The translations under genes and the position numbers were made by a program. Shown here one piece after another: positions 52,621 through 64,000 of a stretch of 64,000 nt of DNA. Position 1 is the stretch's first letter, and each line of letters begins with the position of its first letter. The stretch is taken from contig NC_057717.1 of NCBI RefSeq assembly GCF_004010195.1, positions 104,879,904 to 104,943,903 of the forward strand. Reading direction: 5' to 3'. The notes under the pieces were generated by a model, which was given only the letters and a program-made list of their open reading frames with translations, had not been told where the DNA came from and did no database searches. The stretch is from Chiloscyllium plagiosum. Its lineage: Eukaryota.

Positions 52621-53272
52621 TACTATTACTTGGACCCAGCAATAAAAATAATACTAATCTGATGCATATAAATATACAGCATGTATAACATACAATGTTC
52701 CTTAAGCCTATATAATTCTGTACATTTATGCATCATGATAGATTTGTGTTCAGAGTCAAATTATGCAGATCATGTTCAGGATATGCCCCTTATACTTAAA
52801 AGGATCATGAACGAGAGCTTGACATTTCTTCCTGGGTTTTCTAATCTTAATTTGGCATATTTCCAAAGGAAGGAAAATCAACATCTACCAAAACAAAGAA
52901 TTATTCCTTCCCAATTAATAAACTCTAATTGACTTCAGGAAAGCTATTTTGATGCCTTTATCAAAATAACAAGCCAGATTAAATGCAGCTTCTGGACAGC
53001 AGCTGAACACCAGAACTAGGCTTCCACACCAAGATTATTCAGGTTCTGCACCATCAGCAGCACTAATATATGTTGGTTTTGTAGGGTCTCACATTATTTA
53101 GCGTATAAAATATCAAGTTCAGCAAGTTCTTGCATAAAAGTAACAGGTTTGCAAATTCAGTGTCTCACCTGCAACTAAATGTGGTTCAAATAATATCCCT
53201 AAAACATTAAATCATAAAATGAATACTTAAGAATCATAGCAACAGCATCTTACTTTCCTCCATTTTCCTATA

Positions 53273-53624
53273 CAGTAGCGCCTCGACTTACGAACTTAAT
53301 CCGTTCCGGGACCCGATTCGCGAACCGAAAAGTTCGGGAACTGAATCAATTTTTCCCATTGTTCGGATAGCGGAAAAATGCTTGGATGGCTGTTCACAGC
53401 GCACGCACCAAAGACGAACTGAATGAGATCACACGGGGCTTGAGAGCTTTTGCGTTCAACAAGCGCGTAGCAAAGCAGAACAATGAAACCACGTGGTCGC
53501 ACACGGGCTTATTGCGTTCGTACCTTGCATTTCGTATGTACGTTGAAGCAAAATTTTATGTACAATCCTGTTCGTAAATCGATTTGTACGTGAACAGGGT
53601 CGTTCGTATGTTGAGGCGCTACTG
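53273..53624. mobile_element. young pogo/Tigger-type MITE (352 bp)
   Basis: TA|CAGTAGCGCCTCGACTTACGAAC ... GTTCGTATGTTGAGGCGCTACTG|TA. 23-bp TIRs (21/23 identical), TA TSD, CpG-rich. Confidence 0.92.
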
Positions 53625-56257
53625 TACTTTGTTTCTCGGTTTCTTTCTTTTGGTTTGGTTTATGACTTCTGGTATTATGACTTTTGTTATCTTTGTAAGT
53701 ATTTCCCAGATTGGGAATTTAATTTGACTACTTGAATCCAGAGGCCTGGGATCACATGATTGCCACACATGATTGCAACAACAAAACAGTTGCCACTGCC
53801 CTGCTACTCTATGCTCTTTGTTCATGGCAATAGTCCTAAATAACATCTTTCTTGTGACCTTCACACATGTTCCAACATACCTCAACATAGAGCAAACAAA
53901 ATCAAGGATACACCAGCAAATTTCCTAGTTTGATCTCCTGGTTTTCAAAATGCAAGTAGCAGCCAAGTGGGAGCAAGTCAAAAGGTATTTCTGTCAACAT
54001 TGTCTCATCTCAATACAAAATAAGAGTAAATGTAGGATTAGCACTGAAACTCAGTTCTAGCAACATCCTGTAACCAAAGAACTAATAATGAAGGCCAAAG
54101 ACGGAGAAACCAACAGGTACATTAAGGGCCCATGTGTAAAAAGCCAGCCAAATGTAGCAAAATGATTATTTTGTAAATAGCATTTATTTAATTCAGTAAA
54201 AATTGTTAATCACCAAATATGTTGTCATTAATTTCCTAAGATGGTTAACATACAAGTTATTGAAAAACAAAGTTGAGTCAGATTGGCCAAGATAGTGCTG
54301 TGGCGAAAGCCACCTTAGCTTTGTATAATTCAACAAGGTCACAAAGCTTGAACAAATTTCTTCTATTGCAGAAAACCAGTCTAATTATATGAATATATGT
54401 TGCTTTTAGCAAACATAAACAAACCACATTACAAGCTACATATAAAACCATTTTAATATAAAGAGGTATTAGTACATTTGGAATTATTCAGCAGGACCAA
54501 CTGATAACCACATCTGACAGTAGACAGTTTGTTTTAGGTTTTGCAAGCATGATCTGGTAGTGTTTGGTCTATTCTTCTTCCATGGCAGTCCTTCAAGGTC
54601 AAGGATTACTTATTTTCACTCTGAGAGGATAAATTCTAAATGGTTGATTAGTCCAATCCTGGAGTTCCAGACTCTGCCATCAGTGGGGCAGCTGATGTTT
54701 GATGAGTGGGTGGGATGTTCTGCATTCTGTATGCTCTTACACTTCACTTCCACGTGCTCCACTTGGTGATGCTCAAAGTAGTACCTTTGCAGATGTTTCT
54801 TCCCCACTTTGTACATTCAATGGGAAGTGATTCTGATGTGTCAATGGAGATGTAGCATTTGTTTAGGGAGGCTTTCAAGATGCCTTTGTAGCATGCCATC
54901 TAGTGATTGCTTACCCTCGAGGAGCTCAGAGTAGAGCACTTGTTTAGGGAGTCTTGTATCAGACTTGTGGACAATGTGGCCTGCCCATCACAGCTTAATG
55001 TGAGAGACCACAGCCTCGATATAGGGGTTAGGGTGATGGTTAGGGTTAAGCCTGGGAGAGAACACTCAAGTTCTTACACCTATCCTGCATGTGTTTTTCA
55101 GGAGTTTACAAAGGCAGTGTTGTTGATAAGTGTCCAGATATTGGAGGTGTCTGCTGTACATGGTCCATGTCTCTGATGCACACAGGAGGATTGAGTGCAC
55201 AGTTGCTTTATAGACCATGACTTTGGTACTGGGTTTAAATACTCAGGCTTCAAACACCATATTCGTCAGGTGTCTAAAGGTTGCACTGATGCATTGGAGT
55301 TGATGCTGGATTTCATCGTCAATATCTGCTCACACCGAGAAGAGGCTCCCAAAGTATGAGAAATGATCCACATTGTCCAGGGACTTGAAATAGATTTTGA
55401 TGGTCTGGAGGTAGGACTGTGTGGCAGAAGCAGGCTGCTGCTGGACATCTGTCTTTCGGCTGTTTAGACAGTTTGGCTGCACTGGATAATGTGTTGTGGG
55501 ATGCGACTGAGAACACTTGCATTGAACGCTCCTTTAGGTTGAGGAGGTCCTCGAAGTGCTGTCTCGAACAGGCATTAATGAACAACTCTCTGTTTTTGGC
55601 TCTTGCTGGATCGGGTTCCTGGGTACTCAGACTGTAGAGAGGAAACCACACACATTGTGGTTGTTGTTAAGTTGTTAATTTTCCTGCGTGCTTTCCACCC
55701 ACCATCTATTCTCTAGGTCACCCTTGTTTGTTGCATCTTAGACGTCAATTGCCTGGAGACTTGTTTCCTCTTGCTCTAGTTTTGGTGGAGCTACCATTTC
55801 AGGAATGCCTTTCATGTGTGATGTAGGAGATCCTGGATCACCTGATTGTTCTCGTGGAACCAGTCTTAGTGCTTCCTGGTCAAGAGGCCAAGCATCTCTA
55901 TGCAGGTGTTGACTATATTGACTTTTAGGGTGGACCAGGTGCTGTGAGCATTCTGCAGCTCTGGTATGTTGGTCATTGCTGGATTGGTTGTGAGGCACCA
56001 CCTGAATAGGTGTTTCTTCTCAGGGTTTTGACTCCAACACCGAGTATCCTGCAGCAGATCTTTTTTTCTTCCGCTGCCAGTTTAGGGCCAGTTGATGGTA
56101 GATTAGTGGTTGGTCCAGCAGTTGTCAGCTCTGGTCATGGTACTGGTGATGCAGACCATTGCAGTTCCTTGCTTGAATGTTGATGTAGTTTACCAGGTGC
56201 TAATGTCTGGAACAGGGATGTTACCATGAGGTCTTCTGCTTGTCCTTCTGGTGGAAC

Positions 56258-56360
56258 TTCCTGGCTCATTCCTGAAGAAGGGCCTGTGCCCGAAACGTTG
56301 AATCTCCTGTTCCCTGGATGCTGCCTGACCTGCTGTGCTGTTCCAGCATTAAAGTTTCAA
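56258..56360 (+). mobile_element. 103-bp PLE pseudo-LTR insertion
   Basis: 13-bp TSD cttctggtggaac at 56245-56257 and 56361-56373. Nearly identical to the arm at 24316-24387. Confidence 0.88.
56268..56303 (+). ncRNA. minimal type I hammerhead ribozyme motif
   Basis: attc-CTGAAGA-a-[gggc ctgt gccc]-GAAAC-GTT-gaat, with a perfect 4-bp stem I and 4-bp stem II. Confidence 0.82.
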
Positions 56361-59300
56361 CTTCTGGTGGAACAGGATGTTTGTTTGTTATGATGAGGTT
56401 ACATTTTAGGCACTTGGCCAGAACGAGGACTCTGTTGGAGCTTGTTTTCCTTATACAACTTCCTTGCCAAAAATGCCTTTCCAAAGATTTCTGTCCCTTC
56501 CGACTCTTGCATTTAAGGTGCTCAGGAGAATCAACTTGGTCCATCACCATACGGAACAGAGATTGGTTGAAGCTGATATAGAATGCCTCTTTTGTCTCAT
56601 CCGTTACATCTAGGGTCAGGACCAGGCACTGATGACTGTGATGTACTGCTTCTGGGCCGAGGTGAACCTAGGGTAATGAGACATTATCATATGCCACAGG
56701 GAAAGTCATTAAAAGGTCTGACCATTTCATTTCTTACGGTGAAGCCGACTCCATGGAGATGGTGTTCTTCTTCTGGTTTGCTATTCTAGGAGAAGGTATA
56801 ACCATCTCAGTGTTCCTTAAGCTGGTCTTCTCCTGTTAGTCATGTCTAGCTCAGGGCAGCAATGTCGATATTGCAATACTGGAGTTCCTGGGCTATGATG
56901 GCAATGTGATGTTCAGGTCATTGTTGGGTTAGGGCCCATAAAGGTCCTGGTATTTCAGGTTATTTGGGTGGGGTTGATGGAAGCAGGAGGCTAGGGTAGA
57001 AAATCACTGCACATGGATTCTTTGGACATGTCATTATCAACCACTATACAGTCCCAGCAGAGTGAGGTTTTGACCTAATAGCAAAGAAAATCTGGAGACC
57101 TGGCTCTGCTGTAGGACAGGGGTACTAACAAACACTCATGTTCCAACAATTGTTACCATGGTTGAAGAGAAGGTGAAGGCATGGCAATGGTTATGATAGT
57201 TGATAGGCCTGTACGCTTTTCTCCTCCATGAAGCAGGAGTTATCTTGTAAGATAAACATTTCTGGAGAAACTTTTAGCACACCCGTCATATTCACTGAAA
57301 ATGGTTTGTTCTCCATATGCCTGCACAGGTTATTGAGTAGCCACCAGTTCTTGGAAAATGTGATTTTGCAACTGAAAGAGCAAATAAAGAGATTCTGGGA
57401 GAGTTTGTCTCACTCTGATATCAACAGCTGCTCCTCACTTGCCACCTCCTCACTCCCTCAGGTCCCCTCCTCCTCATTCCCTTAGGCTGGTCTTTCCTCC
57501 TCGGTTTCTCAGGCCAAGAGTGAGAGTACCGTTTCATCCTCACACTGTGATGATGGGCGCAATGTCAAATATAGCCTAGTAATAGATGACTGGAACCTCA
57601 TAATAAGAAAAAAATATTTAGCACCTTTTAGACATCGATCCCATCAGCACCCATACATTTTTACATATGATCTGTCTATTACCAATGTAAAACATTGTTT
57701 GATTTGATCAGCCATTTTTTGGGACATACTGCCTAGATACTTAGCAGCAGTAAAATTAATACATTGCATTGTTCAATTGGGTGGTAGACAAAGCAACTGA
57801 CCAGTGTGACGTCTGCTACATAGGCCATCTGCCTCAGCAATTGGCTGATCAAATCAAATCCTTTGATTGTTGATAATGAGGTAGAACACAGACCATACTC
57901 AACCAGCCTGCATCTGTGAAACCCAAAACAAACTCTCCACTGTTGGGTACCATTCCATGTTTGGATAGCACTTGGTGAACTATCTTTAGTGTGTTTGTAA
58001 GTACACTAACACCAAATTTATGAGAGTCAAGTTTGTAAAATGTCTCATTCACACTTGCTTGAAGCAACATACATTCATACACTTACAAATTAAAGGAATA
58101 TGCCTTTTTAGAAGTATTCAAGACCAATAGTCTTTGGAAACCGTAAAGTTCCCTGTTTCTTTTCCCATGGCAACACCAGGGCCAGTCAGAGTAGACATGC
58201 AAATCAATCAGCACTTTTTCTCCTGTAATATAAATTGTTGTGAGACAACAGGGTTGAACTAGTTTCCTTCTTGAGAGCAACTATGATGTTTTCTAGATTC
58301 CACTTGGATGGGAAAAAATCAGTGCCAATAAAAATATTGTAGGCCAACTTCAGAACAAGTTCCTTCAAAAGTTCTTTAAGAAGTCAAGCATTCATGTAAT
58401 CAGGGCTTTGAAGGCAGCCTGGAATTGAAAAAGAATATTCAAGAATCTTTCATTAATCTTGGTTTGACCCAGTCACTGAAGGGATATGAATTTCAAAATC
58501 TAATTCAGCAAAATCTAATTTAGAACTCTTCCACATGCAACATGTGTAGGATGTCACCTTGGCAATTAGGGAGATTGGACCCAGTGTTAGCATGTACTTT
58601 TTGCCCTTTGAGCTAAAGATCGTGCTTTCAAGTCCATTCCATTATTTAAGTACTTATCTTAGGCTGACACAGAAACAGTGTTTTCTTTTTAATGAGACAT
58701 TAAATTTACATCCTAATAAGCATAAATCCACAGCACAAAAATCCCTAGAGTTGGCTGGAATTAACAATTTCACTTACAGAAGGCAAAAGGATAACTGATT
58801 GTGAAATGGAAAAGTTAACAGTGATGCTGTGGGGTACATTTTTCTGAGGTTTGAACTAAGATTGAGCATTATGCCTGAGAAAAGGGAGCTTTGATATAAA
58901 TAAAGCCTTTGCTATATAGCACTGATGCTGACAGTGGATGCACAGATTTACTGAAGCACTTTATTTCTCCTGAAATTGACATTGCTTACATCAGTGAATC
59001 CAAAAATTGCTTAAATTCAGAAAATACTCAAAATCCTGAGTCCTTAATTTCAGTTGAGCGCTGTAATCCATTATTGTTGCTCTCTTGCGTTCCCATTATT
59101 GTCAATGTTCTTAGAAAAATATGTTCATGCGTAATGACACAGTTTTTTCTAAATATATTGCAACATTAAAGAACATAAACTACTCCAAGGCAAAAATAGT
59201 GAATTGTTCTAATATTTTGCAAACTTCTGCCTGGAGCACAAGAACTCTTAACAGCCTCTCAGTCTTTTGCCCTGTATTCAGTTAACCCTTACTCTAAATG

Positions 59301-61042
59301 AATAATCTGAACTTATGTTCGCAGCAAAATAAACAGTGCTAGCACTGTTTTTCTCTCAGCACTAAATCACTAGTAGGGATTAGTGTGATCTCTATTATGT
59401 GAGTTAATTATAGATAGGAGGGAAAGATATGGTGCTTTAAAAGAGAAATCCAGAGAGTAAACCAAGGGAATTAAGTGCAAAATATTGCTTCAACATGGTA
59501 CTATTTTGCTGAAGCCAGAATGTCATTATTACGGTGACACTTGGTCTCAGCACCTCTGAACCAGGGATGGAATAAATAAGCCTAGACTCCCAATAATCTG
59601 TTTCTACATTAATCTTTGCTGCAAAATGTGTCCATGTGAAGTTTGTTCAAGAGTAATATCTGACTCCAATTTACTCCTTACCATTGAACATGTACTGATT
59701 TGGTCCACACATGACGATTAATCTTTTAGACATGATATCAAAATGCTTCTATAATCAGTTCATCATAATTTGTAACTAATCTCACTACTGCACATTGAAA
59801 ACAGTGGCTGAAAATGGCCATTTCTGCAGTTTCTTTTCAGCAACCTCCAGAATTTAAAGTAAGCAAACTTTCAGGACTATTTTCTTGAACATAACTCTTG
59901 CTTTAGCACTATTTTACGTGAATTTCTCTATATTCCTGTCGGACCCCCATGACTCTCAACTCCCTTGTCGATCAAAAATCTATCTAACTCTGCCTTGTAT
60001 AAATTCAATGACAAAGCCTCCACTACTTTCTGGGGAAGCGAATTCTAGACTTTAATTCAGAGAAAATAATTTTTCTATGCCATCCCTAAAAAGGAAATGC
60101 ATTATTCTTAAATTATGAACAGTCTTTCCCCCAGACCCCCACCAACACCTGTTATATTTGTCATAAAACTTCCTTCCTTGCTTTTATATACCATTCCCTC
60201 TGCAACAAGTGGATACATTCCATGTGCCTTCCTGAGCACAAGCTGCTGATCCATCCTCTCCTCCAATCAAGGTGAAAGATCAGGACCTAGATATTTTAAA
60301 ATCTGTCCAGTCTATGAGTTAATGAATGCCCTGTCACGTCAGGCCTGTGCTTATGTACAGACATGGTACACGAGTCTCCACCCCACTTGTTGTCTACCAG
60401 GGTTCAGCATGAATTCCATTTCAAAAGTGTAATGCTAGTTCAAGTGGGGACCATCCACAACACAAAACTGGCAATAAATTCTGAAGTAGCATACAACAGT
60501 CGTGTTTAAAATGATGAAAGATAAATATGAGAAACTAAATGGAAGCATGCTGCTTCAATTCAGCAAGTGAACTTATATTTATATAGTTTCTTTATTCTAT
60601 GAAGCAAGGTACAGAAGTAATGCAAAACCAAGTTTTCAAAATTAGTTTGGATCAGTGGATGAGAAGAAGAGCAATGAAAATACTTCGGAACAAAATATAT
60701 AAATATGATCAGGAGTATATGCTAAAGCAAACATTGAACCCAAACAGAGACTGGTTAGTCTGAATTAGCTGTTCCCATGTTACAACTTCTACGTATCTTA
60801 TTTTCATTCATTTATTTCTGTGTCCACAGTTGCATGGTATATGAAAGGAAGAATGGTCACAAATATGAAGTGATGTCAATGACCCAGTTTCTGAGTCCAG
60901 ACAAAGAACAAGCAGGAAAAAAACTAATATTTTACATAGAGTTTTCCAGGGAAAAAGTGATTGCTTATTACATGAATTCAATAGCTAAAAATTATATTAG
61001 AATCAAGTTGTAATTTCAACTCTCGAATGTTGCTACAAATGT

Positions 61043-62237
61043 TCAAAGTTTGTGAGAAGATTTGTAGCTCGGGTGCTCGTTGTTGTGGTTCTGTTCGCCG
61101 AGCTGGGAATTTGTGTTGCAGAAGTTTCGTCCCCTATCTAGGTGACATCCTCAGTGCTTGGGAGCCTCCTGCGAAGTGCTTCTGTGATGTTTCCTCTGGC
61201 ATTTATCGTGGTTTGTCTCTGCCGCTTCCGGTTGTCAGTTCCAGCTGTCCACTGCAGTGGCCGGTATATTGGGTCCAGGTCGATGTGCTTGTTGATTGAA
61301 TCTGTGGATGAGTGCCATGCCTCTAGGAATTCCCTGGCTGTTCTCTGTTTGGCTTGTCCTATAATAGTAGTGTTGTCCCAGTCGAATTCATGTTGCTTGT
61401 CATCTGCGTGTGGCTACTAAGGATATCTGGTCGTGTCGTTTCGTGGCTAGTTGGTGTTCATGGATACGGATCGTTAGGTTCAGAAATGATCTTGATGTAT
61501 GGTAGTGTGGCTAGTCCTTTGGGTTGCGGCATGTCCTCATTCCGTTGTCTTTCCCTTAGGTATCTGTTGATTAAAATGGGGGGTATCCGTTTTTGGCGAA
61601 TACATTTTAGAGGTGTTCTTCTTCCTTTTTTTGCAGTTCTGGTGTGCTGCAGTGTGTTGTGGCCCTTTTGAACAGTGTTTTGATGCAACTTCTTTTGTGT
61701 GTGTTGTGGTTGCTTTTGTAGTTCAGGACTTGGTCTGTGTGTGTGGCTTTCCTGTATACCTTTGTGGTGAATTATCCGTTCGGTGTTCTCTGTATCATAA
61801 CCTCTAGGAAAGGTAGTTGGTTGTCATTTTCTTCCTCTCTAGTGAATCGGATTCCTGTGAGTGTGGCGTTGATGATCCGGTGTGTGTTCACTATTTCTGT
61901 GTTTTTAATGATTACAAAGGTGTATCCACATATCTGATCCAGAGTTTGGGTTGAATTTGCTGTAAGACTATTTGTTCTAATCTTTGCATTACCACTTCTG
62001 CTATGAGTCCAGAGATGGGTGAGCCCATGGGTGTGCCGTTGATTTGTTCATATATTTGATTGTTGAGTGTGAAGTGTGTTGTGAGGCACAGGTCCAGTAG
62101 TTTGAGTATGCCGTCTTTGTTGATAGGTTCACCGTCATGTTGTCTGTTCTGTATGTCCAGCAGGTTGGCTATTGTTTCTCTGGCTAAGGTTTTGTCGATA
62201 GAGGTGAACAGTGCCATTACATCGAATGAGACCATAG
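61043..62237 (-). mobile_element. 5'-truncated Penelope-like element (RT, partly deleted GIY-YIG, pseudo-LTR)
   Basis: ORF 61912..62274 reads MVSFDVMALFTSI...YEQINGTPMGSPISGLIAEVVM...WIRYVD (PLE RT). 12-bp TSD tgctacaaatgt at 61031-61042 and 62238-62249. Hammerhead motif at 61157-61118 with GTC changed to TTC. Confidence 0.93.
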
Positions 62238-64000
62238 TGCTACAAATGTGTTTGCTCAAGGATAGAAAGTGCAAAGTAAATTATAAAGCAAGGACTAGTT
62301 TAGTGCATTGTAATCTGAATGTAAAGAAATACTGTACTGATATGACATGCCTCTCTAACCGGCAGTGAAAGAGGACATTAAGGTTCTGTCTCTTCCTGTG
62401 ACTGGAACATCATCCATCTTATGCTGCACAATGAATGCCATTCTGGCTTGTGGCCAAAGACTGTCATACTATATATAACACAGTCATACAACCAATCAAT
62501 AATAAAGTGAATCGAGCAATTTCAGCAGAGAAACAGCTGAACATGCTCATGTGCATCACCTTTCTGGGAATTATGGGGAGTGCTTGTTCCGGAGAAGTGT
62601 TACAGAAAGAATGAAAGAAAATTCAAAATTTTAAAAAACAAAATAGCATGATGATTTTTGAGGGATATTATTTCCCAGTTTGTAGCTTTGCAATAACTGT
62701 ACTAACCTAAAGCTAGATTTTAATTTCCCTTTGTCCTCTTCTGAATTATACTGAGGTGCAATTCAATGATCAACATTTCACAACTTATCCAAACATTCAT
62801 TCTTCATTACAGCCTAAGAGGTTGAGTGTCCATTCAGCATCCACCATGCGGTAGTATCATGTCCAATCACATGTCCTTGATTGATAATAATTTTAATTGA
62901 GTGGGAGGAGTTGCAAAATCAAACGTATTCTCCATTCTGGAAATGCAAATAAGATCAACGACACGAGCACAGCCCAGGGTTGGAATTGTCCATTAGAGAG
63001 TCTAATTCTGGCTCTAAACGTAGAAGAGAGAGTCACTGCTGCAGAGGGACTGATCAGGTTTTCTTCCACAATGATGTGATAGTTAGCTCATTACATATGC
63101 ATGTGGTTTTTGTACAACTACAATGAAGTATCTTAGAGGGCAATTCCAACCGGGATCATCAAGGGTTCAAGGTCCTGATGCCATATTTAAAGGCCACCTA
63201 GACATCCCTTCACTTATTACAGGTCAGCAGCACCCTTCAGTTTCACACTGAAAGGATGAACTGGCATAGCATTGATGCAATGTGCATCGGCAATAGCACA
63301 GAGGCATTCACTTTGAAAGATGCACCTTCTGGAATAAGTTCAGGGTTACAATTTGAAAGAAGTATCTGAAGATCTCTGATGCTTAGAAGGACTGCTGGAG
63401 ATCAGGACCTTGATCAGCCCCATACAGCTGACAAGCTTCTATTCTCCACCATAACATTCAAAGACAAACAAGGGAACATTAGGGAGAGGAAATCAGTCGA
63501 CAAGGTATAAGCTGTCTCAGTTGTGACTTTGGCATGCAAGGACTTACTGTGCTTCCAAGGAAAGGTGCCTTGAACATTCATGCTCAGCAGAACACATTGT
63601 GGTTGCCAGACTTGCACTTACACCTGAATGCCATCAATATAGCCATGTATACAATGACTACAAGGTGATCTCCCACCAGATGACCCTTCATTTCAAGGAG
63701 CTAGTGAAGTTCTATCATATACACAGAGAGGAGTTCCAGTCAGACACCCTGGAGGTTTCATCAGAGGATATTCAGAACTTCACCTTTGGCAAGGACCCCA
63801 TTCCTGCTGCAGGTCAGGACAAGGAGTCTATAGGTGCACTGTGCAGCAGACTGTCAGTTTGTTGGGGCCCTTTAAACCTCAAGCAAATTTATCACAGTCA
63901 ACGGGGTGTACCAGTCAAGAAGCTACCTTTAGAAACCAGCTGCAGATGTCAGGACTGCACTTAGACATAGTGATTACAAAGAAAGAACAACAAATGATCA

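Larger units (their letters stand above)
54570..57050 (-). mobile_element. decayed RTE-clade LINE with internal deletions
   Basis: C-terminus CPTDGRVWNSRIGLINHL; VDHFSYFGSL...DIDDEIQHQ near 55300-55380; EN remnants KCNLIITN and RH*HLVNYI near 56180-56410. Confidence 0.78.

Noticed and set aside
63280..63964. Possible Harbinger transposase remnant or 121-aa ORF
   Set aside because: No ordered DDE motifs could be read with confidence.

Overview
Vertebrate genomic DNA, by inference from its repeat content a cartilaginous fish (shark-like CR1, V-SINE, Penelope-like and Gypsy families). The window lies inside a minus-strand voltage-gated calcium channel alpha-1 gene that best matches CACNA1A/Cav2.1. 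Four small coding exons, missed by the ORF track, are present: 20741-20844, 10100-10215, 7305-7361 and 722-811. They splice in frame into IS6 plus the I-II linker, including the AID. I found no further exon between 20845 and 64000. The introns are filled with decayed and often nested transposons: CR1 LINEs, an RTE LINE, SINEs, a two-LTR Gypsy element, solo LTRs and pogo/Tigger-type MITEs. Two features stand out. First, many Penelope-like (PLE) insertions with 12-15 bp target duplications carry minimal type I hammerhead ribozyme motifs, some in insertions of only 100-200 bp or in perfect hairpins. Second, one LINE 5' end has a tRNA-like Pol III head running straight into the endonuclease ORF with no ORF1, and a SINE in the window looks like its internal-deletion derivative. 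All calls were made by eye, and repeat boundaries are approximate unless a target-site duplication (TSD) is quoted.
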